From Hyphomicrobiales bacterium (GTDB lineage: Bacteria > Pseudomonadota > Alphaproteobacteria > Rhizobiales > JACESI01), in the NCBI GenBank assembly GCA_039973685.1, contig JBDWKL010000037.1:11942-75941 (forward strand): DNA of 64,000 nucleotides. The letters are read 5' to 3'. The notes beneath the pieces are model-generated. The model ran no database searches. It was not told where the DNA came from and was given only the letters and a program-made list of their open reading frames with translations. The first letter of the stretch is position 1. Each line of letters opens with the position of its first letter. Of the stretch, positions 1 through 10,574 are shown piece after piece. A program made the position numbers and the translations under genes.

Positions 1-1653
1 CGCGCCGACCAAGAGCATTACAATCCGGTCAACACCAGCAGCCATGCCACCATGTGGCGGAGCGCCATACTGGAATGCACGGTACATGCCGCCGAAGCGT
101 TCTTCGAGCACGCTTTCTTCGTAACCTGCTATTTCAAATGCCTTTTTCATGACTTCTGGTTGGTGGTTACGGATAGCGCCTGAACCAATTTCAAAGCCGT
201 TACACACGATATCGTATTGATATGCGTCAATGGTCAACGGGTCATCATTTTCAAGCGCTTCTAGGCCACCAGCAGGCATTGAGAATGGATTGTGGTTGAA
301 ATCGATTTTCTGCTCTTCTTCGTTGAATTCGTACATTGGGAAATCAACGATCCAGCAAAGATCGAAGCGGTCGTAGTCGATCAACTCTAGTTCTTCACCT
401 ACACGGGTACGCGCATTACCCGCAAATGTTGCGAATTTCTTCGGGTCACCAGCGGCAAAGAACACGGCATCGCCTGCTTCAAGACCAAGCTGTGTGCGGA
501 TAGCGTCTGTGCGTTCAGGGCCAATGTTTTTGGCAACAGGTCCAGCACCACCAACAGTTCCCTCTTCATCACGGAAGAAGATATAACCAAGACCCGGTTG
601 ACCCTCACCCTGCGCCCATGAGTTCATGCGGTCACAAAATGCGCGGCTGCCACCAGTTTTAGCAGGGATCGCCCAAACTTGGTTCTTCTCGTCAGCATCC
701 AACATGCCAGCAAAAACTTTGAAGCCAGAGCCACGGAAGTGCTCGCTTACTTCTTCCATCTCAATCGGGTTTCTCAAATCAGGCTTGTCGTTGCCGTATT
801 TGCGAATTGATTCGTGATGCCCAATGCGGCGGAACGTTTCTGTAACAGGCTTGCCTTCAGCGAATTCTTTGAAGATATCGCGGATCACAGGTTCCATCGT
901 TGTCAGCACATCTTCTTGTGTGACGAAGCTCATTTCTAAATCGAGCTGATAGAACTCACCTGGCAAACGGTCAGCGCGTGGGTCTTCATCGCGGAAACAT
1001 GGTGCGATTTGGAAATAGCGGTCAAAGCCAGACATCATAAGAAGCTGTTTGAACTGCTGTGGCGCTTGTGGGAGTGCGTAGAATTTACCTGGATGCACAC
1101 GAGATGGCACAAGGAAGTCACGCGCACCTTCAGGCGATGAGGCTGTTAGGATCGGCGTTTGAAACTCGTTAAAGCCAATGCCTGTCATGCGCTCACGCAT
1201 GTAAGAAATGATCTTTGTGCGTTTGAGCAGGTTTTGGTGAAGGGTTTCACGACGTAGATCGAGGAAGCGGTTACGCAAACGAATGTCTTCTGGATAATCA
1301 GGTTCTTCGAATACTGGCAACGGTAGCTCTTTGGAGGAGCCGAGCACTTCAAGATCTGTACAGAAAATTTCGATCTCACCAGTCGACAATTTGTCGTTCA
1401 CGAGAGAGGCGTCGCGGTTTTTCACATTGCCGTCGATGCGCACGCACCACTCAGCACGAACCTTCTCAAGGGCGGCATAAGCGGGCGAATCAACATCGGC
1501 CACAACTTGCGTCAAACCATAATGATCTCGCAAATCGACGAACAATACGCCACCGTGGTCGCGAACGCGGTGAACCCAACCTGAAAGGCGGACTTCTTCT
1601 CCGGCATTTGTGGCTCTCAAATCGCCGCATGTGTGGCTACGGTAGCGATGCAT
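1..1653 (-). CDS. aspS: Aspartate--tRNA ligase, probably non-discriminating Asp/Asn type; 3' end runs off the window
   Basis: Not in the ORF track. Manual translation from ATG at 1653 gives [11 protein letters not shown]...RDHGG, and the same frame ends ...[23 protein letters not shown] (class II motif 3). The His in RDHGG is typical of non-discriminating AspRS. Confidence 0.97.
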   Translation of the reverse strand, partial: MHRYRSHTCGDLRATNAGEEVRLSGWVHRVRDHGGVLFVDLRDHYGLTQVVADVDSPAYAALEKVRAEWCVRIDGNVKNRDASLVNDKLSTGEIEIFCTDLEVLGSSKELPLPVFEEPDYPEDIRLRNRFLDLRRETLHQNLLKRTKIISYMRERMTGIGFNEFQTPILTASSPEGARDFLVPSRVHPGKFYALPQAPQQFKQLLMMSGFDRYFQIAPCFRDEDPRADRLPGEFYQLDLEMSFVTQEDVLTTMEPVIRDIFKEFAEGKPVTETFRRIGHHESIRKYGNDKPDLRNPIEMEEVSEHFRGSGFKVFAGMLDADEKNQVWAIPAKTGGSRAFCDRMNSWAQGEGQPGLGYIFFRDEEGTVGGAGPVAKNIGPERTDAIRTQLGLEAGDAVFFAAGDPKKFATFAGNARTRVGEELELIDYDRFDLCWIVDFPMYEFNEEEQKIDFNHNPFSMPAGGLEALENDDPLTIDAYQYDIVCNGFEIGSGAIRNHQPEVMKKAFEIAGYEESVLEERFGGMYRAFQYGAPPHGGMAAGVDRIVMLLVGA

Positions 1654-1835
1654 GATAATTGTTCCCAAATTGACTAATTTCCTTGTGCCGTGAGGTGCAC
1701 CGCACGGCTTGATTTGTCAAGGAAAAGCCGCCGTTTAAGTGATCTATGAACCAGTTCGGGGAAATATTTCGCCAATAGCGCGTTAACACCGCAGTTCAAC
1801 GCGACAAGTGATAAATTTTGGTCTATATATTTACC

Positions 1836-2990
1836 ATGGAAATGATTACTACGACTGATGCACTTATTGTTGCATGCGATAAGCTTAAAAACTCCGAGTT
1901 TGTAACGGTAGATACCGAATTTCTTCGCGAGACAACTTACCGACCCAAACTTTGCCTGATCCAAATGGCGATACCGGGCTACGATGTTATTGTCGATCCG
2001 TTGGCGGAAGACCTTGATCTTGGTGCTTTTTTTGAATTGATGAGCAATGAAGCCGTGGTGAAAGTTTTTCACGCAGCGCGCCAAGACGTAGAAATCATTC
2101 ACAATCTTGCAAGCATCATCCCTAACCCACTATTCGACAGTCAGGTTGCCGCGATGGTTTGTGGATTTGGCGATTCTATCAGCTATGACCAGCTGGTATT
2201 TCGCATTACCGGCCACAGAGTTGATAAGTCATCAAGGTTTACTGATTGGACGCTGCGCCCGCTCTCTGAACGACAGCTTGATTATGCAGCAGCTGATGTG
2301 ACCCATTTGTGCGATGTCTATATGTCGCTCAAAGCCAACCTTGAAGAACAAGAGCGCTCCTCTTGGGTTTCTGAGGAAATGGCGGTTTTGACCTCGGTTG
2401 ATACCTATCATATCAAGCCTGAAAACGCATGGAAGCGCATGAAGCTTCGGGTGCGCAAACCGATTGAGCTGGCGGTTATGAAAGAACTCGCAGCATGGCG
2501 CGAAGCAGAAGCACAACGTCGCGACGTGCCACGTGGCCGCATTATAAAAGACGATGCCATTTATGAACTCGCCGCCCAGCAGCCTGCCAGTGTAAATGCT
2601 CTTGGGCGCTTGCGCAGTATTCCAAAAGGCTTTGAAAAATCACGCACGGCAGAATCAATTCTAGCAGCCGTTCAAAGAGCAATGGCAATCCCGAAAGAGG
2701 ATTTGCCAGCCATTCCAAAAGGCCGCGCGTCACCAGAAGGCTCTGGTGCGGTGGTTGATTTGCTCAAAGTTCTTTTGAAAATGACAAGCGAACATCATGC
2801 TGTAGCAGCCAAGGTGATTGCTACTGTGGATGATTTGGAACAAATCGCCTGTGATGACGACGCGGATGTTGCTGCCCTAAAAGGCTGGCGCCGCCAATTG
2901 TTTGGTGAGGCGGCCCTTTCCATCAAACGCGGTGAGATGGGCTTGAAGATCAAAGGAAAACGCGTTGTCGCGACAAAGTCGGATGACTAG
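1836..2990 (+). CDS. rnd: Ribonuclease D
   Basis: DEDDy motifs VDTEFLRETTY, FHAARQD, YAAADV plus an HRDC region. ATG at 1836 preferred over TTG at 1818. Confidence 0.95.
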   Translation: MEMITTTDALIVACDKLKNSEFVTVDTEFLRETTYRPKLCLIQMAIPGYDVIVDPLAEDLDLGAFFELMSNEAVVKVFHAARQDVEIIHNLASIIPNPLFDSQVAAMVCGFGDSISYDQLVFRITGHRVDKSSRFTDWTLRPLSERQLDYAAADVTHLCDVYMSLKANLEEQERSSWVSEEMAVLTSVDTYHIKPENAWKRMKLRVRKPIELAVMKELAAWREAEAQRRDVPRGRIIKDDAIYELAAQQPASVNALGRLRSIPKGFEKSRTAESILAAVQRAMAIPKEDLPAIPKGRASPEGSGAVVDLLKVLLKMTSEHHAVAAKVIATVDDLEQIACDDDADVAALKGWRRQLFGEAALSIKRGEMGLKIKGKRVVATKSDD

Positions 2991-2999
2991 CGACAAAAA

Positions 3000-4541
3000 T
3001 TAAGACCAATCGCCAACGCGAATTTTGGTTTTAATACCGATGATTTTTTCTATCTGAGACAACCGTTTTAACAAGCGTTCTCCAACGTGCCCCGCTTGAT
3101 CTTCATCAATGCGGAAGATCACGGTGTCGTCTTCCATGATGAATTCACTCTTAAGCAACGCACCGGGCATAGAAGCTGAAACCAAATGAGCAAGGCGGAA
3201 CAAAACACCGTTTAGGCGAGCACGACGACGTTGTTCTTCGTCCAAAAGCTGCGCCACACTCGGCAAAGCATCATCGTTCAATTGGCCCTCATGTCTGAAA
3301 TAGGCAGACAAAGCAATAAACGCGCGGGCTGGATGATCGATTGAGACAAAGGCTGCATGGGCAATCATATTCACACTCTGCTCGCCGCGATAATCTGGAT
3401 GGGCACGCCAACCAACATCACTCAACAAACAGGCGGCTTGTTGCCAACGAAGCAATTCGCCATCCAATCGCCAACCAATGATGCGATACAGCGAGCAAGT
3501 CCAATCAATCAGTTCAACCGCATTTTCTGGCGAACGAGAACGTAGATGGGATAGCTCTCGTGCACCCTCAATCAAACCATCTTGTGCGCGAATATTGTCG
3601 TCTAGCTGCTCGTAAAGTACGCCTTCACGAATGCCGAGTGCACTGATCACCACCTTCTCAGGCTTCATTTCCTCAATGATCGCAAGCAATACCGCAGCGC
3701 CATATTGTATAAGTGGTGCGCGATTTTTGGAGACTTGGTCAATTTCATCAAGCTCATCAAGCTTTGCATGGACGACCTGATCGCAGAACTTCGCCATTTT
3801 CTTGGCTGATACTTCGTAGTGATGCAGGACACTAAGCGGGTATTTGTTCTGCCTCATATGTAGCGTTGCAAGAGACCGCCATGTGCCACCAATGGCGTAA
3901 AAAGAGCGGTTTTTACCGGCTTTCAGAATTTGATTATTCTTCAAATCATCCCGCGCCAAAGACAAAGCTTTTTTCGGTGATTTTTTGGAAACATCTTGAA
4001 GGCGCAAACCACCGAGCGGGAAGGTTTTTCCTTCTCCGATGACATCACGAGATACATCCGCAATTTCTAAGCTGCCGCCGCCCATATCGCCCATCACACC
4101 ATCAGCGCGGTAGATGCCGCTTAATATGCCATAGCCAGAGTAGAGCGCTTCATCGTTACCTGTGAGGACTAGCGGTTCGGTGTCTGCGATTTCGGCAACA
4201 CGCTCAATGAACTCGTCACCATTGCTAGCATCGCGTGCCGCAGCGGTTGCTAGAACGATGAGTTGAGCGGCTGCGAGTTGGTCTGAAATTCCCTTAAAAC
4301 GGTGAATGGCAGCAATGGCCGCTTCAATCGCGTCTTCCTCCAACTTACCTGTCAGAGCGAGCCCACTACCAAGGCCGCAAAGGGCTTTTTCATTGAATAT
4401 TGGGGTCGGCGAACGGGATAAGCGCTCATAGCAAACAAGGCGAACAGAGTTTGAGCCAATATCGATTACCGATATAGGGCCATAACCCGCGATGCGGCTA
4501 GGCGCATGAGGTAGTACTTCCAAGCGTTCAGATTTAGACAT
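3000..4541 (-). CDS. ppx: Exopolyphosphatase (Ppx/GppA family)
   Basis: IDIGSNSVRL, ATAAARDA, DMGGGSLE and GIREG motifs; downstream of ppk. Start placed at ATG 4541. Confidence 0.93.
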   Translation of the reverse strand: MSKSERLEVLPHAPSRIAGYGPISVIDIGSNSVRLVCYERLSRSPTPIFNEKALCGLGSGLALTGKLEEDAIEAAIAAIHRFKGISDQLAAAQLIVLATAAARDASNGDEFIERVAEIADTEPLVLTGNDEALYSGYGILSGIYRADGVMGDMGGGSLEIADVSRDVIGEGKTFPLGGLRLQDVSKKSPKKALSLARDDLKNNQILKAGKNRSFYAIGGTWRSLATLHMRQNKYPLSVLHHYEVSAKKMAKFCDQVVHAKLDELDEIDQVSKNRAPLIQYGAAVLLAIIEEMKPEKVVISALGIREGVLYEQLDDNIRAQDGLIEGARELSHLRSRSPENAVELIDWTCSLYRIIGWRLDGELLRWQQAACLLSDVGWRAHPDYRGEQSVNMIAHAAFVSIDHPARAFIALSAYFRHEGQLNDDALPSVAQLLDEEQRRRARLNGVLFRLAHLVSASMPGALLKSEFIMEDDTVIFRIDEDQAGHVGERLLKRLSQIEKIIGIKTKIRVGDWS

Positions 4542-4551
4542 GGTGCAGTTG

Positions 4552-6774
4552 CTATATGGTGAGCGGAGGTTGTTTTTCGAGAGATTGGCCACGGCCTGAT
4601 AGACTCGGATTAGTCATGAAATAATGTTGGCTATCAAAAGGCTCATCTCCGCGCAACACGTCAACCCGTTTTGCACTACCGTCGCTTAATATTTCCCAGC
4701 TTTGCTGGTTATCCAGAAGATTTGCGACCATGATTTGATCCAAGACCTGTTGATGCACAGTCTCATTGGTAATTGGCACAAGGGTTTCCACCCGCCGATG
4801 CAAATTGCGCGGCATCATGTCAGCTGAACTGATATAAACATGCGCTTCCTTTGACGGCAGACCTTGGCCACGACCAAAACAATAGATTCGGGAATGTTCT
4901 AAAAACCGTCCAACAATTGAGAAAGCGCGTATGTTTTCAGACAAACCTTCAACACCCGGGCGCAAACAACAAATGCCGCGCACCACAAGCTCAATCATCA
5001 CACCGGCAGCACTCGCTTTATAAAGCGCGTCGATGATTTCTGGATCAACCAGCGAATTCATCTTCATCCAAATTTGCGCCGGACGCCCCGCTTTCGCGTG
5101 TTCACACTCATCTTGTATGTAGCCCAAAATCTTCGACTTAGCGGAGAAGGGAGACACACCCAAAAGATCAAGATCTTGCGGTTCTGCGTAACCCGTAATG
5201 AAATTGAAAACCCGCGTCACATCGCGTGCAATCGCAGGGTTAGCCGTGAAGAGTGAGAGGTCTGTATATACCCGTGCGGTAATTGGGTGATAGTTGCCAG
5301 TGCCCAAGTGGCAATAAGAGACAATCTTATCGCCTTCACGCCTTGCGACATAAGAAAGCTTGGCGTGGGTCTTAAGCTCTAAGAAGCCATAAACCACCTG
5401 CACCCCTGCCCGTTCCAATTGGTTGGCCCATTTAATGTTGGCCTCTTCATCAAAACGCGCCTTCAGTTCAATCAGGGCGGTGACAGACTTGCCAGATTCA
5501 GCCGCCTCAACGAGCGCTGCAACGATGGGTGAATTGTTGGAAGTTCGATAAAGCGTTTGCTTGATCGCCATCACATCAGGGTCTGCTGCTGCTTGCCGTA
5601 AAAACTGCAACACAACGTCAAATGATTCATACGGGTGATGAACAATCATATCCTTTTCGCGGATAGCCGCGAAGCAATCACCATTAGCCTCCCGCACCCG
5701 CTCAGGAAAGCGTGGGGTATAAGGGGTAAATTTAAGCTGGGGGCGGTCTAGCTTTGTAAGTTCTGCCAAGTCATTTAAGGCCAACATGCCCGGCATGACA
5801 CTGATATTTCCTTCACGAACCGATAGCTCCTTCGCCACAAATTCGCGCAAGGCAGGCGGCGCAGCCGCTTCGATTTCCAATCGGATGGCAACGCCTCGAC
5901 GACGACGTTTTAGCGCAGTCTCAAAAACCTGCATCAAGTCTTCGGCTTCTTCTTCAATCTCAATATCGGAATCACGCACCACACGGAAAGCACCTTTTGC
6001 AGTCACCGTATGAGCTGGAAAAAGCTTATCGATAAAGAGACTGATTGCCTCTTCCACACGGAACAAGCGGGTCGCCTGCCCTTCACTTGCTGGCAGCTGC
6101 AAGAACCGATCAATAGACGGCGGCACACGCAGGAGTGCGATCATTTGCTGATCATCACGGTCACGGCTCAAGTTAAGAACCAGTGAGAAACCAAGGTTCG
6201 GAATAAACGGGAAAGGATGGGCGGGATCTACGGCCAATGGGGTCAGCATTGGAAAGATTGATTCCATGAAGAAGTCTTCAAGCCAAACATGGTCTGCTTT
6301 GTTCAGTTCTTCAGGCTTCACAATAAGAATGTCTTCGGCAAAAAGTTCCGGCTGAAGGGCGGCCCATCGTTCCTGTTGTGCATCAACAAGGCCGCGCGCC
6401 TCTTCAAAAATGAGGGCCAGTTGAGCCTGCGGTGTCAGACCATCATCACTCAATGTGTCGATACCTGCCCGCAGTTGCCCCATAAGGCCTGCAACACGGA
6501 CCATAAAGAATTCATCGAGGTTGTTGGCTGATATAGAAAGAAAACGTATGCGCTCTAGCAGCGGATGACGCTCGTTGGCCGCCTCTTCCAAAACGCGTTT
6601 ATTAAACTGAAGCCACGACAATTCGCGATTGATGAAACGCTCAGGCTTATCAAACCAAGATGCATCTAAAGCTGCATCATCAGCACCCTCACCACCCGAT
6701 TGTTCCAATTCGAACATGCCAGCGGCTTGTGTCAGGGGTGTATTTTCTAGGTCCAATTTATTCTCATCCATCAT
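4552..6774 (-). CDS. ppk1: Polyphosphate kinase 1
   Basis: [43 protein letters not shown] and FLEHSR motifs. Confidence 0.97.
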   Translation of the reverse strand: MMDENKLDLENTPLTQAAGMFELEQSGGEGADDAALDASWFDKPERFINRELSWLQFNKRVLEEAANERHPLLERIRFLSISANNLDEFFMVRVAGLMGQLRAGIDTLSDDGLTPQAQLALIFEEARGLVDAQQERWAALQPELFAEDILIVKPEELNKADHVWLEDFFMESIFPMLTPLAVDPAHPFPFIPNLGFSLVLNLSRDRDDQQMIALLRVPPSIDRFLQLPASEGQATRLFRVEEAISLFIDKLFPAHTVTAKGAFRVVRDSDIEIEEEAEDLMQVFETALKRRRRGVAIRLEIEAAAPPALREFVAKELSVREGNISVMPGMLALNDLAELTKLDRPQLKFTPYTPRFPERVREANGDCFAAIREKDMIVHHPYESFDVVLQFLRQAAADPDVMAIKQTLYRTSNNSPIVAALVEAAESGKSVTALIELKARFDEEANIKWANQLERAGVQVVYGFLELKTHAKLSYVARREGDKIVSYCHLGTGNYHPITARVYTDLSLFTANPAIARDVTRVFNFITGYAEPQDLDLLGVSPFSAKSKILGYIQDECEHAKAGRPAQIWMKMNSLVDPEIIDALYKASAAGVMIELVVRGICCLRPGVEGLSENIRAFSIVGRFLEHSRIYCFGRGQGLPSKEAHVYISSADMMPRNLHRRVETLVPITNETVHQQVLDQIMVANLLDNQQSWEILSDGSAKRVDVLRGDEPFDSQHYFMTNPSLSGRGQSLEKQPPLTI

Positions 6775-6846
6775 CTCAAGGCCAGCGAAATAAATAAATT
6801 CGCAGCAGCTTTAGCAAAGCCATAAGGCGTGAAAATGACGGGTGGA

Positions 6847-7518
6847 TTAGAACTCAAGCACATCCGCTGCAAAGCGTTTTGTGATTGGTCGGCCTTTGGA
6901 AAAGGCCGCCTCATCCAGCACATTCACGACTTCTCTCACCGCATTGAGTGAGCGCTCTATTCGCAATAGGAGATAATCTATCACATTTGGTTCAATATTT
7001 ATTTGCCGATCGGAAAATTGCTTAACGAAAACCTGACGCATGAGCGTGTCATCTGGCAAGGTTATATCTATGGGCAAGGCAGCCCGTAAACGAGACGTGA
7101 GATCAGCCGTTTTTAGCCCCCAGTTTGTAAAGGGTTCATCCGCCGTAATGAGCAAATGAGCGGAACTGCCGCGTACCGCATTGACCAGATGGAAAAGGGC
7201 TGCTTCATCAAACCCACTGGCCTGCACATCTTCCAAAACAAGCGCGTTGCTCTCTAACCAGTCAGGGATGAGATCAAGGGTCAAATTCTTTGCTTTGTGC
7301 TGACGCGCACCAGCAAGGTTTGCCCAAATATTTGCAAGATGGGTTTTGCCAGACCCCGATGGACCGCATAGCACCGCGACATTTGCGGACCATTCAGGCC
7401 AGTTAGAAATGAAATCATAGGCACGCTCATTGGGCGCAGCGACGATATAGTCGTCCACGCCCATCGCCTCCTCAAAAGGCAAATCCAGTGTTAGTTGAAC
7501 TTGTGCTTTAGCTATCAT
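6847..7518 (-). CDS. hdaA: DnaA regulatory inactivator HdaA (Hda-like AAA+ protein)
   Basis: N-terminal clamp-binding-like QLTLDL, Walker A GPSGSGKTHL and DLTSRL; conserved position between the AI-2E transporter and ppk. Confidence 0.85.
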   Translation of the reverse strand: MIAKAQVQLTLDLPFEEAMGVDDYIVAAPNERAYDFISNWPEWSANVAVLCGPSGSGKTHLANIWANLAGARQHKAKNLTLDLIPDWLESNALVLEDVQASGFDEAALFHLVNAVRGSSAHLLITADEPFTNWGLKTADLTSRLRAALPIDITLPDDTLMRQVFVKQFSDRQINIEPNVIDYLLLRIERSLNAVREVVNVLDEAAFSKGRPITKRFAADVLEF

Positions 7519-7538
7519 GAGCGATTAAAATCTCAAAC

Positions 7539-8624
7539 TTAAATGCCGTCGGAATTCGAGTTGGGGCCAAGATAGAGTTCACTAGTTAGATAGCGCCGCA
7601 TAGCGAAGCGAACCAGCACCCCGATACATGCAGCAGTAGGTACAGCAATCAACATGCCAACGAAACCATAAAGTGACCCAAATGCGAACAAGGCAAACAT
7701 CAACCAAACGGGGTGAAGCTGCACATGATTACCTAAGATGCGTGGCTGTAGAATATTGCCTTCAAAAAACTGACCAACCACAAAAACACCACCGACAACC
7801 GCAATCATTATGTAGTTTTGCTCAGGCAAGAACTGCGCAAGCGCCACGCTCATGGATAACAACAATCCAAGAATCGCGCCGATGAAGGGAATAAAGCTAA
7901 CCAGACCGATGCCAAGACCAATCAGCAAACCAAAATTTAGCCCAGTTAGGCTGAGCGCAATGGCGTAAAAAATGCCCAAGATCACACAAACCAAACCCTG
8001 AGCACGGAGGAAGCCCGCAATCATATCGGACATTTCTGCCATGAGTTTTCTAATCGTCGAGGCATGTTCGCGCGGGAGCCAGCTGTTTATCCGCGCCACC
8101 ATGTTATCCCAATCAAACAAAAGGTAGAATGCGACGACAGGCGTGATAACAAACAGTGAAATAATACCAAGCAACGCCTGCCCACCACTCAACAACGATC
8201 CTAAAAGGCGCGATAACCAACGTGCACCATCATCGACAAAATTGCCGACGTATCCCTGCAAATCATCCGCTTCAACTGGCAAAAACTGCGTTACCCGCAT
8301 AACCGTATCTGACACCAAGAATGCTTGCAGCGATTTGATGTAGGCCGGAATTTGCTCGATAAAATCTCCCATCTGCTTGCTTAGCAATGGAACGATAATG
8401 AGAAGTGCGAGGATAAAAACCAAAAGCGAGAATAGCAAAATAGTCGACGTTGCCGCCATCCGGCTCAAGCCCATGTCTTCCAATTTGTCGGCAACCGGAT
8501 CAAGAATGTAGGCAAGAATCATCCCTGCAACAAAAGGCAGTAGGATATCGGAAAACAAATAGATGAAACCGAGGAAAGATACGAAGAATAAAGCCCACCA
8601 AATTGCTTGCCGCTGCCACGCCAT
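7539..8624 (-). CDS. AI-2E (PerM-like) family transporter
   Basis: Polytopic hydrophobic protein with LAYILDP, FIPFIG, EGNILQP and LHPVW signatures. Confidence 0.9.
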   Translation of the reverse strand: MAWQRQAIWWALFFVSFLGFIYLFSDILLPFVAGMILAYILDPVADKLEDMGLSRMAATSTILLFSLLVFILALLIIVPLLSKQMGDFIEQIPAYIKSLQAFLVSDTVMRVTQFLPVEADDLQGYVGNFVDDGARWLSRLLGSLLSGGQALLGIISLFVITPVVAFYLLFDWDNMVARINSWLPREHASTIRKLMAEMSDMIAGFLRAQGLVCVILGIFYAIALSLTGLNFGLLIGLGIGLVSFIPFIGAILGLLLSMSVALAQFLPEQNYIMIAVVGGVFVVGQFFEGNILQPRILGNHVQLHPVWLMFALFAFGSLYGFVGMLIAVPTAACIGVLVRFAMRRYLTSELYLGPNSNSDGI

Positions 8625-8835
8625 TCTATTTCCTCTCTAACAATACTCACCAAATGATCTATCCTGCGCTATGACAAGCGTCAAGAAAACGCGCCCTCCC
8701 GCAATCAAATTGATGAGAAGTGACGAGGAAACCGTGAATTACGGGCATTTTATCGAGATACCCTTGCACTCAAGCCCAATATAAGCTTTCACACCCGCAA
8801 AAGACTTTTAACCGAGCAGGCAATCGGGCAGGCAT

Positions 8836-9903
8836 ATGAGCGATAACAACAAAACAACTGGACTAACCTACGCCGATGCAGGCGTTGATATTGATGCGGG
8901 CAACGCGGTGGTTGACCGTATTAAGCCGATGGTTAAGTCCACAGCACGGCCGGGTTCCAACCCAGACCTTGGCGGCTTCGGCGGTTTATTCGATCTTAAA
9001 GCGGCAGGTTTCAAAGACCCAATCTTGGTTGCGGCCAATGATGGCGTCGGTACGAAGTTGAAGATTGCCATTGATACAGGCATCCATGACACCGTCGGGA
9101 TTGATCTTGTTGCCATGTGCGTCAATGACCTGATCGTGCAAGGTGCTGAGCCGCTGTTCTTCCTTGATTATCTTGCCACAGGGAAACTGGAAGAAAACCA
9201 AGCAGCCGAAATCATTGCTGGTATTGCTGATGGTTGTCGCCAATCTGGTGCGGCCCTCATTGGCGGTGAAACGGCTGAGATGCCGGGCATGTATCAAGGT
9301 GGAGATTATGACCTTGCTGGCTTCTGCGTTGGCGCTGCTGAGCGTGACGCATTGTTGCCGCGCGGTGACATTCAAGACGGTGACACACTGATCGGCCTTG
9401 CTTCATCTGGCGTCCACTCAAACGGCTTCTCGCTTGTGCGCAAACTTGTCGCTAATCATAACCTTGATTGGAAGGCACCTGCCCCGTTTGATGAAAGCCA
9501 AACATTGGGTGCAGCCCTTTTAACGCCGACCAAGATTTACGTAAAACCTGTGCTTAATGTAATGCGTGAAACAGGTGCCTTAAAAGCGCTTGCGCATATT
9601 ACGGGCGGTGGCCTGACGGAGAACATTCCACGCGTTCTTCCAGACAGTTTGAGCGCTGAAATTGACCTTGATAAAATCACGCTTCCGCCTGTGTTTAAGT
9701 GGCTATCTGAAGCGGGTGGTATGGACTGGACCGAGCTCGTTCGCACCTTCAATTGTGGTGTTGGCATGGTGCTGGTTGTCGCAAATTCGCAAGCTGATAC
9801 TTTGATTCAAGCGCTTGAAAAACAGGGTGAGACAGCGATGAAAATTGGCTCGCTCAAACCACGCGACGGCGAGGCTGTGACTTATAAAGGGTCAATCCTT
9901 TAA
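8836..9903 (+). CDS. purM: Phosphoribosylformylglycinamidine cyclo-ligase (AIR synthetase)
   Basis: [35 protein letters not shown] and HITGGG motifs. Confidence 0.98.
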   Translation: MSDNNKTTGLTYADAGVDIDAGNAVVDRIKPMVKSTARPGSNPDLGGFGGLFDLKAAGFKDPILVAANDGVGTKLKIAIDTGIHDTVGIDLVAMCVNDLIVQGAEPLFFLDYLATGKLEENQAAEIIAGIADGCRQSGAALIGGETAEMPGMYQGGDYDLAGFCVGAAERDALLPRGDIQDGDTLIGLASSGVHSNGFSLVRKLVANHNLDWKAPAPFDESQTLGAALLTPTKIYVKPVLNVMRETGALKALAHITGGGLTENIPRVLPDSLSAEIDLDKITLPPVFKWLSEAGGMDWTELVRTFNCGVGMVLVVANSQADTLIQALEKQGETAMKIGSLKPRDGEAVTYKGSIL

Positions 9904-10574
9904 TGAATGCCGCGCCTCATAACAACTCGGGCAAAACGCGCGTTGCCGTTCTGATTTCAGGCAGCGGAAGCAATCTTCAGTCTTTGATTCAAGCAGCTGA
10001 GACAGAGAATCACCCAGCAGAGATTGCTCTGGTCCTATCAAACAAGGCGGATGCCTATGGGTTGGAGCGCGCGAAAAATAATGGAATCAAAACAAAGCAC
10101 TTAGATCATAAAGCTTATGCTAATCGTGAAGCTTTTGATGAAGCGATTCATGCTGTTTTAGTTGAGGAAGAGATTCAACTTGTGTGCCTTGCAGGCTTCA
10201 TGCGTATCCTCACCCCAGAGTTTGTGCGCAAGTGGCCAAACCGCATTTTAAACATCCATCCATCGCTGCTCCCGTCCTTCACAGGGCTTGATGTTCACCA
10301 ACGCGCCATTGATGCAGGCGCACGCTTTTCTGGCTGCACAGTGCATGTGGTTGATGAGGGGTTGGATGAAGGCCCAATCGTCGTTCAAGCCGTCGTGCCG
10401 ATTTTGCAAGATGATAGCGCAGACACGCTCGCAAGCCGCATCATCACGATGGAGCATCAAATCTATCCAAAGGCGCTAGAGTGGTTTGCAAGTGGCCGTG
10501 CGACAGTCGACGGCCAGCGTGTTTTCATTGACGGCGAGAGCGAACCATCCGCCCCGATTATATGGCCCGCTTAA
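9903..10574 (+). CDS. purN: Phosphoribosylglycinamide formyltransferase
   Basis: LISGSGSNLQ, LAGFMRIL and NIHPSLLP motifs; 1-nt overlap with purM. Confidence 0.97.
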   Translation: MNAAPHNNSGKTRVAVLISGSGSNLQSLIQAAETENHPAEIALVLSNKADAYGLERAKNNGIKTKHLDHKAYANREAFDEAIHAVLVEEEIQLVCLAGFMRILTPEFVRKWPNRILNIHPSLLPSFTGLDVHQRAIDAGARFSGCTVHVVDEGLDEGPIVVQAVVPILQDDSADTLASRIITMEHQIYPKALEWFASGRATVDGQRVFIDGESEPSAPIIWPA